A stretch of DNA of 63,633 nucleotides, counting the filler, from Choristocarpus tenellus KU-1152 (lineage: Eukaryota; Protista; Phaeophyceae): NCBI GenBank assembly GCA_964200185.2. It is 11 parts of 11 records of this genome, joined end to end, with 100 filler letters (N's around TTAATTAATTAA, not from the genome) between each part and the next. Parts side by side here need not be neighbours in the genome. Positions count along the whole stretch, not along the records: positions 11,901 to 18,252 come from CAXNAD020008327.1; positions 18,353 to 23,036 come from CAXNAD020013476.1; positions 23,137 to 28,318 come from CAXNAD020011592.1; 8 more parts are not named here. One strand, 5' to 3'. Below, piece after piece: positions 13,191 through 26,175 of the stretch. A program made the position numbers and the translations under genes. The notes beneath the pieces were generated by a model. The model had not been told where the DNA came from. It ran no database searches and was given only the letters and a program-made list of their open reading frames with translations. Positions within the stretch are counted from its first letter, which is position 1; each line of letters opens with the position of its first letter.

Positions 13191-14227
13191 TTGTAGTTAC
13201 CAAACCTCAATGGGCGATATTTTTGTATTTGTGAGTTTTCAAATAGTAAAGATTTTTTAGAGGGGTACCTTGCGTTGACGACAACAGGTATCGAACCAAT
13301 GTAAACGAGAGGTAGGTATGCAAGGTTGCGTTCTTCTAATGATGCAAACAAATAAATTTGGAAAAATAGGATTTTTCTCCAAATGCGTATGGGAATTTTT
13401 CTTAATTGTGTTGAAAAGAACAACAACAGAGAAATCAACACTCTCAATTCAATAAGGTGGTACCAGTAGCTTCACCCTCCGTGGCAGTTCTGCTTTTTTC
13501 ACCGAAGGGTCAAAACAGATATGCAACAATATATATATCAGATGAAAGCTTATGACAGGACCTTTTGAAGGTTTGTGTGCAGGAATGTACAAACTTCGGT
13601 GAAAGGGAACCATGTCCCGATAAAATAATGGGAAAAAAACGCGGGGGAATATCTCCGGCGCAATTTTGAAGGTCACGACTTCAAAACTTGGAAAAATGAA
13701 GTGGTTGGCTGAACTCCTTGTAGAAAACTGGTCCAGGGCACGTTGCTGCCCAAGTTTGGCTGGTGCGGTCCTCACCGAAAAAAAAAGCAGAAAAAAAATC
13801 CTCTTTTAAACGCCTTTTGCCGACTTTCTGTGAGCACACACACACACGTGACTTACACACCAATATGAACCACAACGGTGAGACAAGGAGAGCCGCCAAG
13901 TCACTCTGCCCTCTGGATCTACCCTCGGCACTTTCTCTGTCGAGAGGGGCCGGAAAAACAAGTACCGTATGAGACTCAGTGCGATGTTAGGTGACGAGAA
14001 AGTGCGAGTAGTGTGGTGCAGCAGCATGATCAAATCGCGAAATGGACCACGCGATCACGACACTGACGCTGAGAGAAGATGCATGGAAACCATTACCACA
14101 CAAACGTGGTTGGATCTTCAACCACGTCGGAGCACTGCTCTGCAGTCCCTGCCGCCTCGGGAAAGTACGAAGAGAGCGGCGAGTCCATCACCAGGTGCGA
14201 TACAACGATGAAGTCTGTGGGGAAGCA

Positions 14228-14486
14228 GAGTGAAAGTATCTTAGAGGGTCGAGCCGCGTCCATTTGAGGGCCAGAATCCAAGGTTGCAATTTTGATATAA
14301 TTTTGGCTATCATGTTTATTAGGAGATGTCAATATCCTTGCTCCGGACACGCCTTTTCATAATGTATACACCTTACCTAATCCGAAACATTTTGGAGTAG
14401 GTAAAATATCATTAAAAACTCGTGGGAAGCCAAGCCCCAAATGGACGAACTGGGAAAAAGTCGTACTCTCTAGGATACTTTCACTC
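14228..14486. mobile_element. MITE family A (~260 bp)
   Basis: TIRs GAGTGAAAGTATCTTAGAGGGT ... ACTCTCTAGGATACTTTCACTC, flanked by an AGCA/AGCA duplication. Confidence 0.85.
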
Positions 14487-14649
14487 AGCATGGTCACGTC
14501 AGGCGAAGGGAGAACCAGAGTGACCGGCCAAAGGGAAGGTTGGGGAGGAGAGCAGTGCGAGTACGTGCCATTGCGCTCAGGAAACGCCGAAGCGAAAACC
14601 CAGGTGTAGAATATCTTAGTAGTCAACAGTTGCAGCAGGCCCTAGCTGT

Positions 14650-15040
14650 TTGGAAGCTATGTGAGCCTGAGTGGCTTAGGAAACGAGAAAGAAGGTGTTA
14701 GGGTTGGGCTACAAGGGCTCCGAAACCCGAAAGAAGGTAACCAATTTCCGGCGATCAACGAGGATGTGATAGTAAAGGCTCTAACACCGCGAATCCTGTA
14801 CCTGTGTATGAACGATGGGAAATACTTTCAAACAGCGCTCGAGATAGCTGCAGGATAGGCGATGGTCAGGTCAGAAACTGTGAGTAAATGGGAGAGAGAC
14901 TTCCTAACTAAGGGCTACATCAAGGTGTCGGAGCAAGGGCGTAACGAGAGGCGTTTCGTTCTGGGTCTCGACGAGGACATCCTTCTCGAGGTCAAAGAGT
15001 GGGTGCGCGAACACACAGAAAGAAAGGGTAGGGAGGCTTT
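14650..15040 (+). pseudogene. Transposase N-terminal (HTH-like) relic, IS630/Tc1-mariner-like
   Basis: Stop-interrupted reading ALEIAAG*AMVRSETVSKWERDFLTKGYIKVSEQGRNERRFVLGLDEDILLEVKEWVREH resembles the N-termini of eukaryotic DDE transposases. No catalytic part is present. Confidence 0.45.
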
Positions 15041-16227
15041 TTTCTTTCTAAACCCTATACTTCAATGAAGTAATAGTTTATCTGTTGCCACTCCTGGCGA
15101 CCTGCAATCCGGGGTTCGAACCCCAATATGACCGTCTTTCTTCAAAAAAAGAAAAAAATGGCGAAAAAAAAGCGAAACCCGTACTCTGGAGGGCATTGTG
15201 ACGGGCATCACTAATATGCTTTTATGTTTTTAATCCGATGTCTACATCAAAGGTTATAACGGGACAACCCCAGAGGGCGAACCTACTGGTACGACTATAT
15301 TGCTGGATTTATATAGAAATATGGGTAAATTGTGAAAGATGAAAGAAGGACTCAAAGAGCAGAACTGGCAAAACATGGGTACCTCTCAATGCTCTGGCAT
15401 TTTGCGGGGAATTAAATGACATCGAGAGGAAATTGAATTGTGTGAGGGGGTGTTGAAGGGCTATTGGACGGGGATGATTTAATGGTAGAGTGTTACAAGG
15501 TGAGGGAATGTATTTACTTGGTGTACCTGAGTGTTGTTGTGCCCCATGCATATGTGACCAGGAGACCAGACGATAACCAAGTGGTTGCTCCAGTTTTTCT
15601 TGCATGAGAAGGCACAGGAGGGGCTGAACAACCATACGCACAAGAACCAAGAGTGTACTTGGTCAGTGCTGTTGAGGGCAGGGATGACATTTAGTGGATT
15701 ACATTAGTGTCTTTTTGTGGGTTATGAGAACGCATGGTGCTTGCGCTTATATTTTGTTTGTGTGTTGTTTCATGGTAAGAGGTAGGGGTGGGAAGTCTCT
15801 AGTTTTCTTACATCCGATACCCTATTCCTATCTTTGGTCAGGGGGGTCAGGCCGTACAATGGTGATATTACTTTTGTGTGTGTGACTCACTCCGTCATAT
15901 GTTTGGAGTGAGATTGGGTGGGATTCCTTGGTCTGTTGATGGGGGTGGGGTGTGTGTTTTGAGCTGGAGAATACAAATACTGCTTAGGCTAGGTTGCTCA
16001 TGACTGAGAACTGGGCTTTGGCTTATAAATGTATGTATAAATTAATATGTATATATTTGGTCTGGTTGTTTATGAGGAGGTTATGACACGTGGTGAGTTA
16101 TTGTTTCCCTCGGTTGTTAGTAACTGTGGTGGTGCAAGCGCATGGGCCCATTTTCATGGACTCCTGTCTCTTATTCAAGGAACAGGTCCTGAATAATCCA
16201 ATCCTTGACCAAACCAAACGCAAAATA

Positions 16228-17912
16228 CTACCTCCGTGCCATAGGTGTGTGCCGCGTTGTCCATAACGTGTTTGAAGATGTTGATAAAATTCATTTCTGA
16301 AAGAGGATTTGGAATCCTTGACGAATTTCTGTTTAGGGTCAACTCTTTTTATTATTTACTCCCCATCCATCCCAACTTTATCAGCCACAGAAAAAGCCTC
16401 CATGTCCACCTTCGGCGTTTTTCAAGCTCACCAGACAACTGCCTCTTCCTTACCCCTGTGTGCTCCACACTGAACTCATTCCCCCCTTTGTGTCTAAGTA
16501 ATCGATTGTACACCACAAAAAGGAGCTGCCAAGCCTTCTCAAGAGTTGTTTCATCATACTCATCATACTGTTTCTTAATGACCTTCACCATCTCCTTCAC
16601 GGACCCAAACCACTCCCCCATCACCCGGCATTTAAGACCTGAAAAAGCACAGGTCCATGATATTGAGTTCGGGGGAGTTAGATGGCTGTGTCACAAGCCC
16701 AATCGACTAGTCTTCCCTGCCCCTGACAAGATTTCTGAGTTGCCCTTGCCAGTGTGGGGGATGGCATCGTCTTGCTGAACAACAATGTGCTTCCCCTGCA
16801 ACCAAGGCATCTTGGTCTTGACTGCTGGCAGTAACTCCTCCGTGTACCACTTCCTGTACCACAAATGGTCTAGACTACAGTCCTGCTCATACAATTTCCC
16901 CTTTTTATGGTTATTACTTGCCCTGTCGGCCGCTTTTGGAGCACACGCGCGCCAAACACCAAGCTTTCCATCAAAGCTGTGAGCCGAATCTGGGCGGGCG
17001 TTAGCTGCAATGATCATGGTTTTAGGGATATGATTCTTGTGCTGCACAGTAGGGGACCTTGGAAGGTCGCTATCATCCTCATTCGGAAATACCCTAACCC
17101 TTTTCCCATCAGCCATCACGCAAAACTAGGTTTCAGTCACATGGATTGTGTTTGCCATGGAGGCGTACACCCCACTTTTCCGGTCCACTTCATCGCAAAC
17201 AAAGTCCATTCTCCGTACCTTTTGTCACCAGTTAAGCCTGGGTTTGATCCAGCGGTGATTCGGCATGGCCCCCATATCATCTAACAACATATTTATGGCG
17301 CTCATGCTATAATTCAGCCCCTTGGCGGCCATCTTCATTGTCACCTGACGCACTGTGGATGACCGATTATTGGAGCTGATACTATGTATTGCGGCCATCT
17401 TGGTCGGTGTGAGCTCCGAAGGCCGCCCACTACGTGCTGCCACCGCTAGGCAAGCGTGTGGGCACGGGCAAGGTGATTGGTGACGTCCTCCCAGAGCCCT
17501 CACATGTAACGCTTGGACTCTCCAAACTCCACAGCGAGGGCCGGTCCAACATGTCGTGGAAGGTTAGGCTCACCAGCGACCATCGCGTGGGAGTGCCGCA
17601 CTGCAAGCGCAACCCTGGTATTCGGGGACGCCTGGGCACCCTTCCTAAGCGGGGGGGTCAACGGGGGGGTTGCTATGCTGGCGTTGTGACCCTCAACGTG
17701 CCCAGTTCTGGCCTCAAAATCACCCCCAAAGAACCCTACTTCGACAGCTTGAAGCATCTCGAGTTTGTACCAGATGATACTCGACCCCAACCTTTTCTGA
17801 AAGCTGAGATTGACAACCCTTTTTCATTCTGTGGGGTTATCGTCCGATTCGGCGCCGTTCTCGCTCGGCGAGCCCAGACGTTTCGCGGCACAAACCTATA
17901 GCACAGAGGTAG
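16228..17912 (-). mobile_element. Full-length degenerate Tc1/mariner (DD39D-like) transposon
   Basis: 29-bp TIRs CTACCTCCGTGCCATAGGTGTGTGCCGCG / CGCGGCACAAACCTATAGCACAGAGGTAG with a TA TSD on both sides. The broken transposase has KTMIIAANARP..FDGKLGVW, IVVQQDDAIPH and QPSNSPELNIMDLCFF; the first catalytic Asp is degenerate (HVTET*F). Confidence 0.92.
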
Positions 17913-18352
17913 TATATCGGAATGCGTGGACTCTTCTACAGTATTGATTTGATTTGATCATATATTTTTACTATGAATGATCTTGTTTGTGTTGAGGGCA
18001 ATATAAAATGCACCGAATCTTTGAAGTATCGTGATATTGATATAACCCCGCGCCAGGCTCCTGCATCCATCCCGTGCCCCACCTGCCGCAACCATGCCAG
18101 CCCAGAACACTACTACGCTGCCATAGAGAGGAGTGTTGGAACCGAAGCCGTGCTGGAATCCATCCGCTCACAATCGTCCTCCACCCCTTTTGCCATCCCA
18201 CCATTCCGCCTACTCTCCTCCCACGTCCCCAGTCCCCAGCCCCTCCCCCCCCNNNNNNNNNNNNNNNNNNNNNNNNNNNNNNNNNNNNNNNNNNNNTTAA
18301 TTAATTAANNNNNNNNNNNNNNNNNNNNNNNNNNNNNNNNNNNNNNNNNNNN

Positions 18353-18467
18353 TACTCCAAAACATTTCGGAGTAGGTAAGATGTCGTAAAAAAAAAACGT
18401 GGGAAGTCAAGCCCCAAACGGACAAACAGGGCAAAACTCGTACCCTAACCCTAACATACTTTCACTC
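18353..18467. mobile_element. MITE family A, right half
   Basis: Matches the 3' half of 14228-14486; the TIR carries CCCTAACCCTAAC. Confidence 0.75.
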
Positions 18468-18802
18468 AAACATGTACTTGATACCTTCTTTTTTTTTGCC
18501 CTGAGTATTTGCGAACTCAATCTATGGATACCACACAAGACATTCCCTCTCCTGCATCACCAATAATTTAACACCACAAGCAAGAACCATTCCTTCGTAG
18601 ATAGACCCCTCAACCATCACATTTTTCCCCTCCCTCAATCCTATTGCCTACAAATACACTAGAAAGCCTTGTGCCACAGATCTTCAACATTTCTCCCCCC
18701 ATTACATCCTCTCTCCATCAAATCTCCCCTTTCTGGAATAGAGGTTAACCACCCCTCTCTCATCACCCACCCCTCTCCCCCCCTCCCCCCCCCAAATTTC
18801 AC

Positions 18803-21800
18803 CTGCAACTCCACTGCGCCTTTGGCGATGAAACGCAACCTGTCTGACGCTTGGTTCTCACATAGAAGCATTTCACCAGCGTGTGAAAGCTCCTTACGGA
18901 AAAACAGTTTAGCCTCTCCCAACAACTTCAGCATGCCTGGTGGGGCCTGGTTGATACAACAGGATGGCGCAGAAGCCAAAGGGAAAGGGTTCGATTTGTC
19001 CGCAAAAGGACGGAAGGCGAGGCGACAAGTCACCACAAGAGTAAGGGATGGGCAAGTGATATTGAGACAATACCGTAACAACTCGTGTTGTAGACATACT
19101 TACTTCGGAAGGAATGGAGTGCGGGTAAGGAGTGACCGTTGATATCTAATCTTGTTCTGCTTTACCTGCTACCCCATGCCGTCAAATGATACAAGCACAC
19201 CACCGAGGAGGGTTCAACATGTTGTAGTGGTGAGATGCTGTGGTGAATAGCTTGCACGAGTCGGAGTATCATCGAACAACTTTTCAAATCCATCTGCTGC
19301 GTAAGCAGAACAATATATCATAACTCGATTGTATTCCCTTGTGTGATTTGAAACCAGGAGATGGGAGTAGGAACATCAAAAGCACTTCCTAATTTGTTTA
19401 GAGCCATGCATGTACCAACCTAGACTAGACATGTAAGGTGAACCACAACTGGCCCCCTCATTACATCGGCAGTAAAAAGCAGACATTGGATTACATTCAA
19501 GACCCAAAGCGATACGACAGAGAGAAGGGGTCGGCTGAAGATCTAGACTTGCCAGAAAGAAATTTAATTTCCCCCCTGTTCACGTTATTTTTCCATGGGC
19601 ACTTTCTGCAATAGCCACACTCTGCATGATAAGAACATGTTTCTCTCCTAACCCTTTTGCAACCTTAGCTTCGATCTGGGTCAAACTCAGACCCAGTTGC
19701 GCAAACCTGTCCCTGATCATCCCCCCTATCCCAATTCCTCCCTCTTTCCGTTTTTAAACAGCCCAGGCCTAACCCCAACTGCACACCCCTACACAAATCT
19801 CATATATGACCTTGTATCTATCAACTTCCAGGTAGTCCTCAAGGATGGACTGCAGCGTCCCGATGTCCTCTGCCTCCATGCTTGGATCCATGTCTTCTGA
19901 GCCTATTTGTCAGCAATTGGATTGCAAATGTTTGTGATGAGATCATAGCGCGGACCTGGATGCTTATCCTACTCACTTTCCTTGGGGATTCCACGTCCCT
20001 CCCCTCCCACGCATGCACTCTTCACAAATTTCCCAAAAATTCACCTAACCATATAATTCATGCCCCCCTCAACTCCCTCCCCCCCCAACATTCCTCACAC
20101 ACACACACGAATCTGAAACTCCATGTCCACAGACCGCACTTACTCACTTTCAAAAGTAGAAGAACGCCTTCTCAGAAAGCTTGCCCTAGCATAGTAGGCC
20201 TCGCGCTGTTCCATCTGGTCTGATGAGTGTGGGTCCTGCTCTGAGGATACCTCATCAAGGAGCACCTCCCTGCCGTCACTGTCGTCCCCACGATGTTCTC
20301 GCGCAGGGAAGGAGGGAACCTTGAGGTGCGTGCCATTAGTACCGCTGTGAGCGAGGCTGTTGCTCATAGCACCATAGGAGTGGGTGCTGTTGATCAAGGC
20401 TGATGGTGGAGCTGATAGTGAGCTTGAGTGTGATTTTAGGCTATGGGGGTGGGGGCCGACATGTTGGTCGTCAAGGGTAGCATTTACGGCAGCAATATTG
20501 GTTTCTGAGAGTAGCTGCTCCTCTGACCATTCCAGGGCTGAGTCCAGACTGGAGTAGGGTGGTTCAGGTGGATGGGTTCAATACGTTGTGGGTGGGATGT
20601 GAGAGTGGATTTTGAAGGTGGGGAGGGGGGGGAAGAGGGAGATAGACTTGGATGGCGGTTTTCACTTAAGTGCTATGCTGGTGGACACAGGTCGCCACCA
20701 GGAGAATCAATTACAATGAATGGAATAATGCATGAAAATACGTAAGAGGTGACAAACATACCATGCTGTTCCATTTTAACACATGAGACGTCCCTCTTGT
20801 GTAGATGATCATAACAAGAATTTAAAAAGTCCACCGCAGTGCATAACTGGAAGCCCTCTTACCTTCCTTGGCCCAGACAATCCTAGAGTTTTGGGTAACC
20901 AACGCATTGATAATGCAACTACAGTAAGCCTAACATAATGCACATCCAATCTCACATGTTGTTCCATATTCACCCTGTCTCACTCTACGGTGTTAACCTT
21001 TTCTTTACCTCCCAAAAAGTGGATCATCTGACCCTACCACTCCATGAGCTCTCAGCACAACTAGTACTCGTGGTTTGACACCAGCAAACAAGACATCTAC
21101 CCCCTCCACTTCAAGAGTGCGCTTCAGCATGAGGAAGCAGGTCCTTGCTGCAGTAGCGTCTATACCCACCTGAATGTTGAAGAGGAGTGGCAACTATTGT
21201 CAAGTTTGGCGTGAAACCTGCTGGAGTTTGTATCTTGAGAGGGTGGCGTGAAACCAGTAGAGTATTGAGTAGGGGGTTGGGTTATCTTTACCATTGCTAT
21301 GAACATAGTGGTGCAATGAAATCAAAGTTTCCCTTAATCTTGACTGCCTCAGTCAATGCACTAAAGTGAAAATACTCACACTACTTGTTAACCAGGGGGA
21401 TACTTGTTTACCAATCCGAACCTGTACAAGACCAACTTGAAAACTTACAGAGCAACCAGTTACACGCACATCTATGAATTGATAAAACCAGTGCGCTCAT
21501 TATTAACCAAAAATTTGTGACAACCCTACAATGGCCATTGTCATGAATCCACAACACAAGTCAAAAGATGTGGATATCGCTTGTAGCCTCACAAACGCCT
21601 TGTGCCTCACAGCACAGCCTCCCCTCATCAGGGGTGCTGAGGTCGCATGCCATTCCCATGCCCCCTAACAATCCTTCAGACAAATGTTACAAGAAAATGA
21701 CGTTCAAAAGACATGTTGGCTTGGAAATTACCGACTCTCCATTGATTGATTGGTTGCAGATGGGCATACAAATGAGCTCGGCCAGAGGGTAAATTTCAGT

Positions 21801-22537
21801 GAGAAATGAAGGTGCATTCATACAGCATACATATGCATGGGGGGGGGCATAATGCTTGCTCAGGTATATAAAAATGATTGCACGAGCATTCAGGTGGTAT
21901 TTTTCCACTACAAAGTCACTCCTTGGCACTAACTACTGTACTGAATAGTGAAACTCAGGGTCAGGGGGACAGATTGGAACCCCCTCATACAAGAGACAAG
22001 TTTGTCACTGGGGCAGACAACTACAGTCGGGGGACATGAGATACAGGATGGGAGCTCTCTCCCATGTAGTACTGTTGATGTATCTTGCACTGTCCTCACG
22101 CATCCTCGATAATCCCATGGACCTGAGTCGAGTATAGTCAGTAGAAACAGCGAATAATATGCCACAACTTCCGACAGTAACAGTCACACTCTGAAATGCT
22201 TCCAAGAGGTACATCTCTTTCAATCGGTGCTACATTAGAGGAGTTAGAACCTCACCACACGGGAGAAGTCAAGAATGACCCTACGTGTCTGATCATCAAT
22301 GTAGCGCTTGCTCTGATTGTCGCATTCACTGTCCTCCAAGAACTCCCTGTCGCTATCCTCAACATCTGCTTCTCCTCCGTTGTCTCTCATCTCACACAAT
22401 GCTGTTGATCTCACTGCCACAGATGTGGGGGGTGTGCTCCTGGCAAGACCAGCTTCGGTTTTCGCCTCTGATAGGCAAGGGGAGTTCGGGATTGGTGTGG
22501 AGGGTAACCATGATCCTGGGTCTGGACTTGCCCACCT
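18803..22537 (-). CDS. SulP/SLC26-family anion transporter, STAS + cyclic-nucleotide-binding region (partial, 5 exons)
   Basis: Phase-compatible GT-AG exons 22256-22537 (5' boundary uncertain), 21009-21169, 20148-20548, 19811-19902 and 18803-18946. Product: RRVILDFSRVVGIDATAARTCFLMLKRT..VLFAG..LRAHGV..FGSLDSALEWSEEQLL (STAS) ... AGEMLLCENQASDRLRFIAKGAVELQ (cNMP-binding). Confidence 0.88.
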
Positions 22538-23136
22538 CTGAGAGGAATCAAGGGCGAGTGGATTCAGGAAAGGGGGGAAAACAGGCAAGAATGGGGGCAT
22601 GAGTTACGAAAAATGTCAAGAGGTGTGAGGTGGAGTGCTGCATTGGTTTGGGAATATACTTCACCTGATACAAGGGCAGGCAGGCAGCAACCTCAATGTG
22701 TCAATTCCTGTGTTTGGTGCTTTCAGCTCAAAAGTATAAAACCATTCTACAATCTGGCAGAGCACCATGAACTGAAAGGACAAACAGTGTGTAACCACAA
22801 GTTACAAGGTAAAATACAACTACCTTGAACACAGATGTGTGAACACAAATGTGTAAGATTGAGGTATGTCAAGGGGCAGGCAGTAAACTGAACCACAAGA
22901 GAACCCCTGCTCACTATCCACCACCATAAGTCTCCCTCCCAGTATGTGTCCTTCAAAGTACACACTTGGAAAAACACACATGCACACACACCCAGGTGTC
23001 CCCATCTACAACACCACACCCCTCTTCCCTTCTCCCNNNNNNNNNNNNNNNNNNNNNNNNNNNNNNNNNNNNNNNNNNNNTTAATTAATTAANNNNNNNN
23101 NNNNNNNNNNNNNNNNNNNNNNNNNNNNNNNNNNNN

Positions 23137-23312
23137 GGGAGTGGGTGGGGGGGAGATGCGGTTCTACACTAGGGTGTCCATTTGGACCCTTACCAGGAAA
23201 AGTGTACTTACATCATCCATCCGACTCATGCAACCAAATCATCCAAAAATTGCGACATGGAAAAATGTGCCCCAAAAGGGCTGCCGTCACCCCCCCCCAG
23301 GTACTTTGAGCC
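23137..23312. mobile_element. MITE family C (~180 bp), left end cut by the contig edge
   Basis: Homologous to 26737-26915 and 42905-43090; ends CCAGGTACTTTGAGCC. Confidence 0.75.
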
Positions 23313-23357
23313 AATGTCCAATCCCAAGTTGAGAGACGTCAGGTTAAAAAGTCTCAC

Positions 23358-24007
23358 CTCGTTGGCAGGCAGCTCCTGTGAAGGGCGAGAAGCACTCGCA
23401 TAATCCGTTTGCACGGTTGCAAAGCCCAGCATTAGAACATTCTACCTCACTATGAGCGGTGTCAATCGCGTAGGCTTTGTCAGCCCATGCTACTCCTGTC
23501 GAGCAGGTGCCTGTTAGAGATGGTTCATGAAGTTGGGTTGTGTCGTTGACCACTGCAAACAGTAATCAAGACGAGTGCTGGGATACACGTTGACTGGGGG
23601 CCATGCCCTGTCTCATGAGCATTTGAAGTGTGCCGTCTTAATCACTTCAGGCTATATTTTTGTGTTCTTCGCTTCGCTCTCTGCCTTTGGGGGGTAAGTT
23701 ACGAGGCAAAGTTCAACCCTATCATCGCTTGACGGTAGCGTGTTAGCAATTGAAAGTACCGGATTGTCTCCTAGTATGTCCCATTTCAGGTCTTTCAGAG
23801 AGTGCTTGGATTTTTCTTTGGCAGTCCTGGAATATGCTTACGTAAAGAACAATCTGGAGCGAAGTCCCAGCCCGAGTTGCAGCTGCAGGTTGCTCCAGAT
23901 CCGCAGGTGCCATGGCCACTGCAATAATTCGGGCAGGCACCTCGTGTGTGCACCACAGCTGTCGACAACAGAAGAGGAACCAGCGAACTCAGGACTGGAA
24001 TAATCAT
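23358..24007 (-). CDS. Secreted EGF-like/tenascin-repeat protein (stramenopile mastigoneme-protein-like), first two exons
   Basis: Exon 23842-24007 encodes signal peptide MIIPVLSSLVPLLLSTAVVHTRGA + CPNYCSGHGTCG..CSCNSGW..PDCSL. It splices in phase (C|GC) to 23358-23510: RTCSTGVAWADKA..DTAHSEVECSNAGLCNRANGLCECFSPFTGAACQR. Confidence 0.88.
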
Positions 24008-24887
24008 GTAGATGTGTCCCTGCGGATGAAGATCGCGACGTCTGATCTGATGGCTCTGCTATACGGTTACTACTACTCCACAAATCTCGAATGATCCCTC
24101 TCTCCTTAAAATTCAGAGGTCTTCAGGATATCGGTCGTGAGTTCATTTCCAATCTTGAATGCAATCAATACTCCACTCGAGACATCGTGTCCTTTGATTT
24201 TTTCATTCTTCAGCTAAGCACTCCCACTTCCCCTCCCTCCACCCACTTCATCGTCAACTCGGATCGTGTTATCATCCCGATTGTGTTGGTTGGTTTTGGA
24301 AACCGCTTATTTTCATGGAAGGCGTGCGTAGTTCAGAATTTTGTTATAGTACATATAATGTGTGTGGGATGTTTTGCAAGAAAAATAAAGTCCATTATCA
24401 GTTAAGATTGGAACCTTGGAAGAGTTTCAAAGTTTTACATTAACTTTTTTATTTAAATTTTGAGGAGATGTAACTTTTGGACGAAAAACGAGTTAGATCT
24501 TGAGGAGTGGTACAACTTATGGATAAGGTCAGAACTACATATATTGAAAATTTAGTGTCAAACTGGAAGATTCAAATTCTGCTTTCAAAATCAAGTACTA
24601 TATACTCATACCCCACTACCTCTTACACAATATAAGTATCTTTTGTCTTAGATTAACCCCTTTTCCAAATCATTGTCACAACATCACTTACCCACGTTTC
24701 TTTTGAGGGGTTATGGTCTTGGAGGGTGGATATAACCTGCTTTGGTGATCTCGTCAACAGCACCAATTTGAGAGCTGTTGCACTCTAAAACCTCCTTGAA
24801 TGCCCGAATGATCTCCCTCCGTTTTGCCAGTCCTATACAGACCCCTTTGGACAACCACCTCCCAAGGCCTCCTATCTATGCATCCCC

Positions 24888-25318
24888 ACAAGGTAAAGGG
24901 GGCACTGAAGTGGACAGGGGAACCCCCCTGCCGAACCCCCACTGTCCTTTGGGAACCCCCACTGTCAAACTTTTTCACTTCTTTAAACGAAGTTTAGGGG
25001 GTTTTCACGCTAGGTACAGTTTGGGTTAGGGTTAGGGTTAGGGTTAGGGTGAAAGTTAGATTCTCGAAAATGGGTGCGAAAAAGTGAAAGTGGTGGATCC
25101 TTGAGAGGTTGTGATTCCTCAGTGTACGCTGTACTCCACCGCTTCTTCTAGGATATTTCTTGGCTGGTTAGGGACATTTTTCAAACACAAGTTTGTTAGA
25201 GTTAGGGATAGGGATAGGTTACAAAAATGCATGCGAAAAAGTAAAAAAAATATTACAGTGGGGGCTCCCCAAGACAAGGGGGTTCCCCTGTGCACTACAG
25301 TGCACCATTTGCCCTACG
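24888..25318. mobile_element. Putative MITE with ~70-bp imperfect TIRs and an internal (TTAGGG)n
   Basis: GGCACTGAAGTGGACAGGGGAACCCCC..CCCCCACTGT (24900-24965) is inverted relative to ACAGTGGGGG..GGGGGTTCCCCTGTGCACTACAGTGCACC (25255-25306). No clear TSD. Confidence 0.55.
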
Positions 25319-25339
25319 TTTGACCACCCTCTTCGAAGA

Positions 25340-26175
25340 TTTATCGCACTGCGGATTGGGAGTAGTAAACAACTCCTATTGTTATTGATATATTGAACAA
25401 AGATTCTTTTGACTCTTGTAGTTTTGACCTCAACACCTTCGCAGGGGAAAGTTTTGGGCGCTTCAGTAAGCCAGCAAAAAGTTTCCTTGATGAGTTGGCT
25501 ACACACGCAGTAGGGGGGAGAGTGGCGGAGATTATAGTAGGACAGGGGCTGTTAAATCCCGTAGTTTCTGTTGCTACACATGTGGCTCTCTCAAGATGAG
25601 CCAAAGGATCTTAGAGTAGAGTCGTGTCCGTTTTGGGACCAAAATCAAATGTTGCGATTTTGATGTATTTTTGGCTATCTTGTTTGTTAGGAAATGTCAA
25701 TATCCTTCTTCCCGACACACCATTGCATAATGTATACATTTTACCTACTTCGAAACATTTCGGAATAGGAAAATGTAATAAAAACTTTGGGAAGCCAAGG
25801 TCCAAACAACGGACAAATAGGGCAAAACTTGTACCTTCAAAGATACTTTCACTCGGATATGTCACGTGTATCAAGCTAGAGACACCAGGGAGATGGGTAA
25901 GGAAGGACCTGTCAGATTCTTGGGATGCTTCCTAGCTCCTTGTCCAGTTGTGTAGGGTCAAGCTAGGTTGGAGGCATAGCAGCAGTGTACACACACTACA
26001 TTGTAATTATGACCCTTTGAGGGAGTGTTGTAGTATAGTTGGTAGTCAAATAGTAAATAGATTTTGGAGAGATATCTTTCGCATTTACGACAATTGTTAC
26101 TTTTACAGGGGTGCTTGTGATATTGGTTTGACTTTTTCCCTGACACATGTGCAAAATGTCAGAGGGCATAATATA
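25340..26175 (+). mobile_element. 3' end of REL-type LINE (ORF C-terminus + 3' UTR), interrupted by a family A MITE
   Basis: SFDSCSFDLNTFAGESFGRFSKPAKSFLDELATHAVGG..VVSVATHVALSR continues as YVTCIKLETPGRWVRKDLSDSWDAS* once the MITE is removed. The E(S/T)FG motif is typical of the REL domain C-terminus. The UTR ends in a hairpin followed by CATAATA. Confidence 0.75.
25598..25854. mobile_element. MITE family A nested in the LINE
   Basis: GAGCCAAAGGATCTTAGAG ... AGATACTTTCACTC with flanks AGAT/GGAT. Confidence 0.85.
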
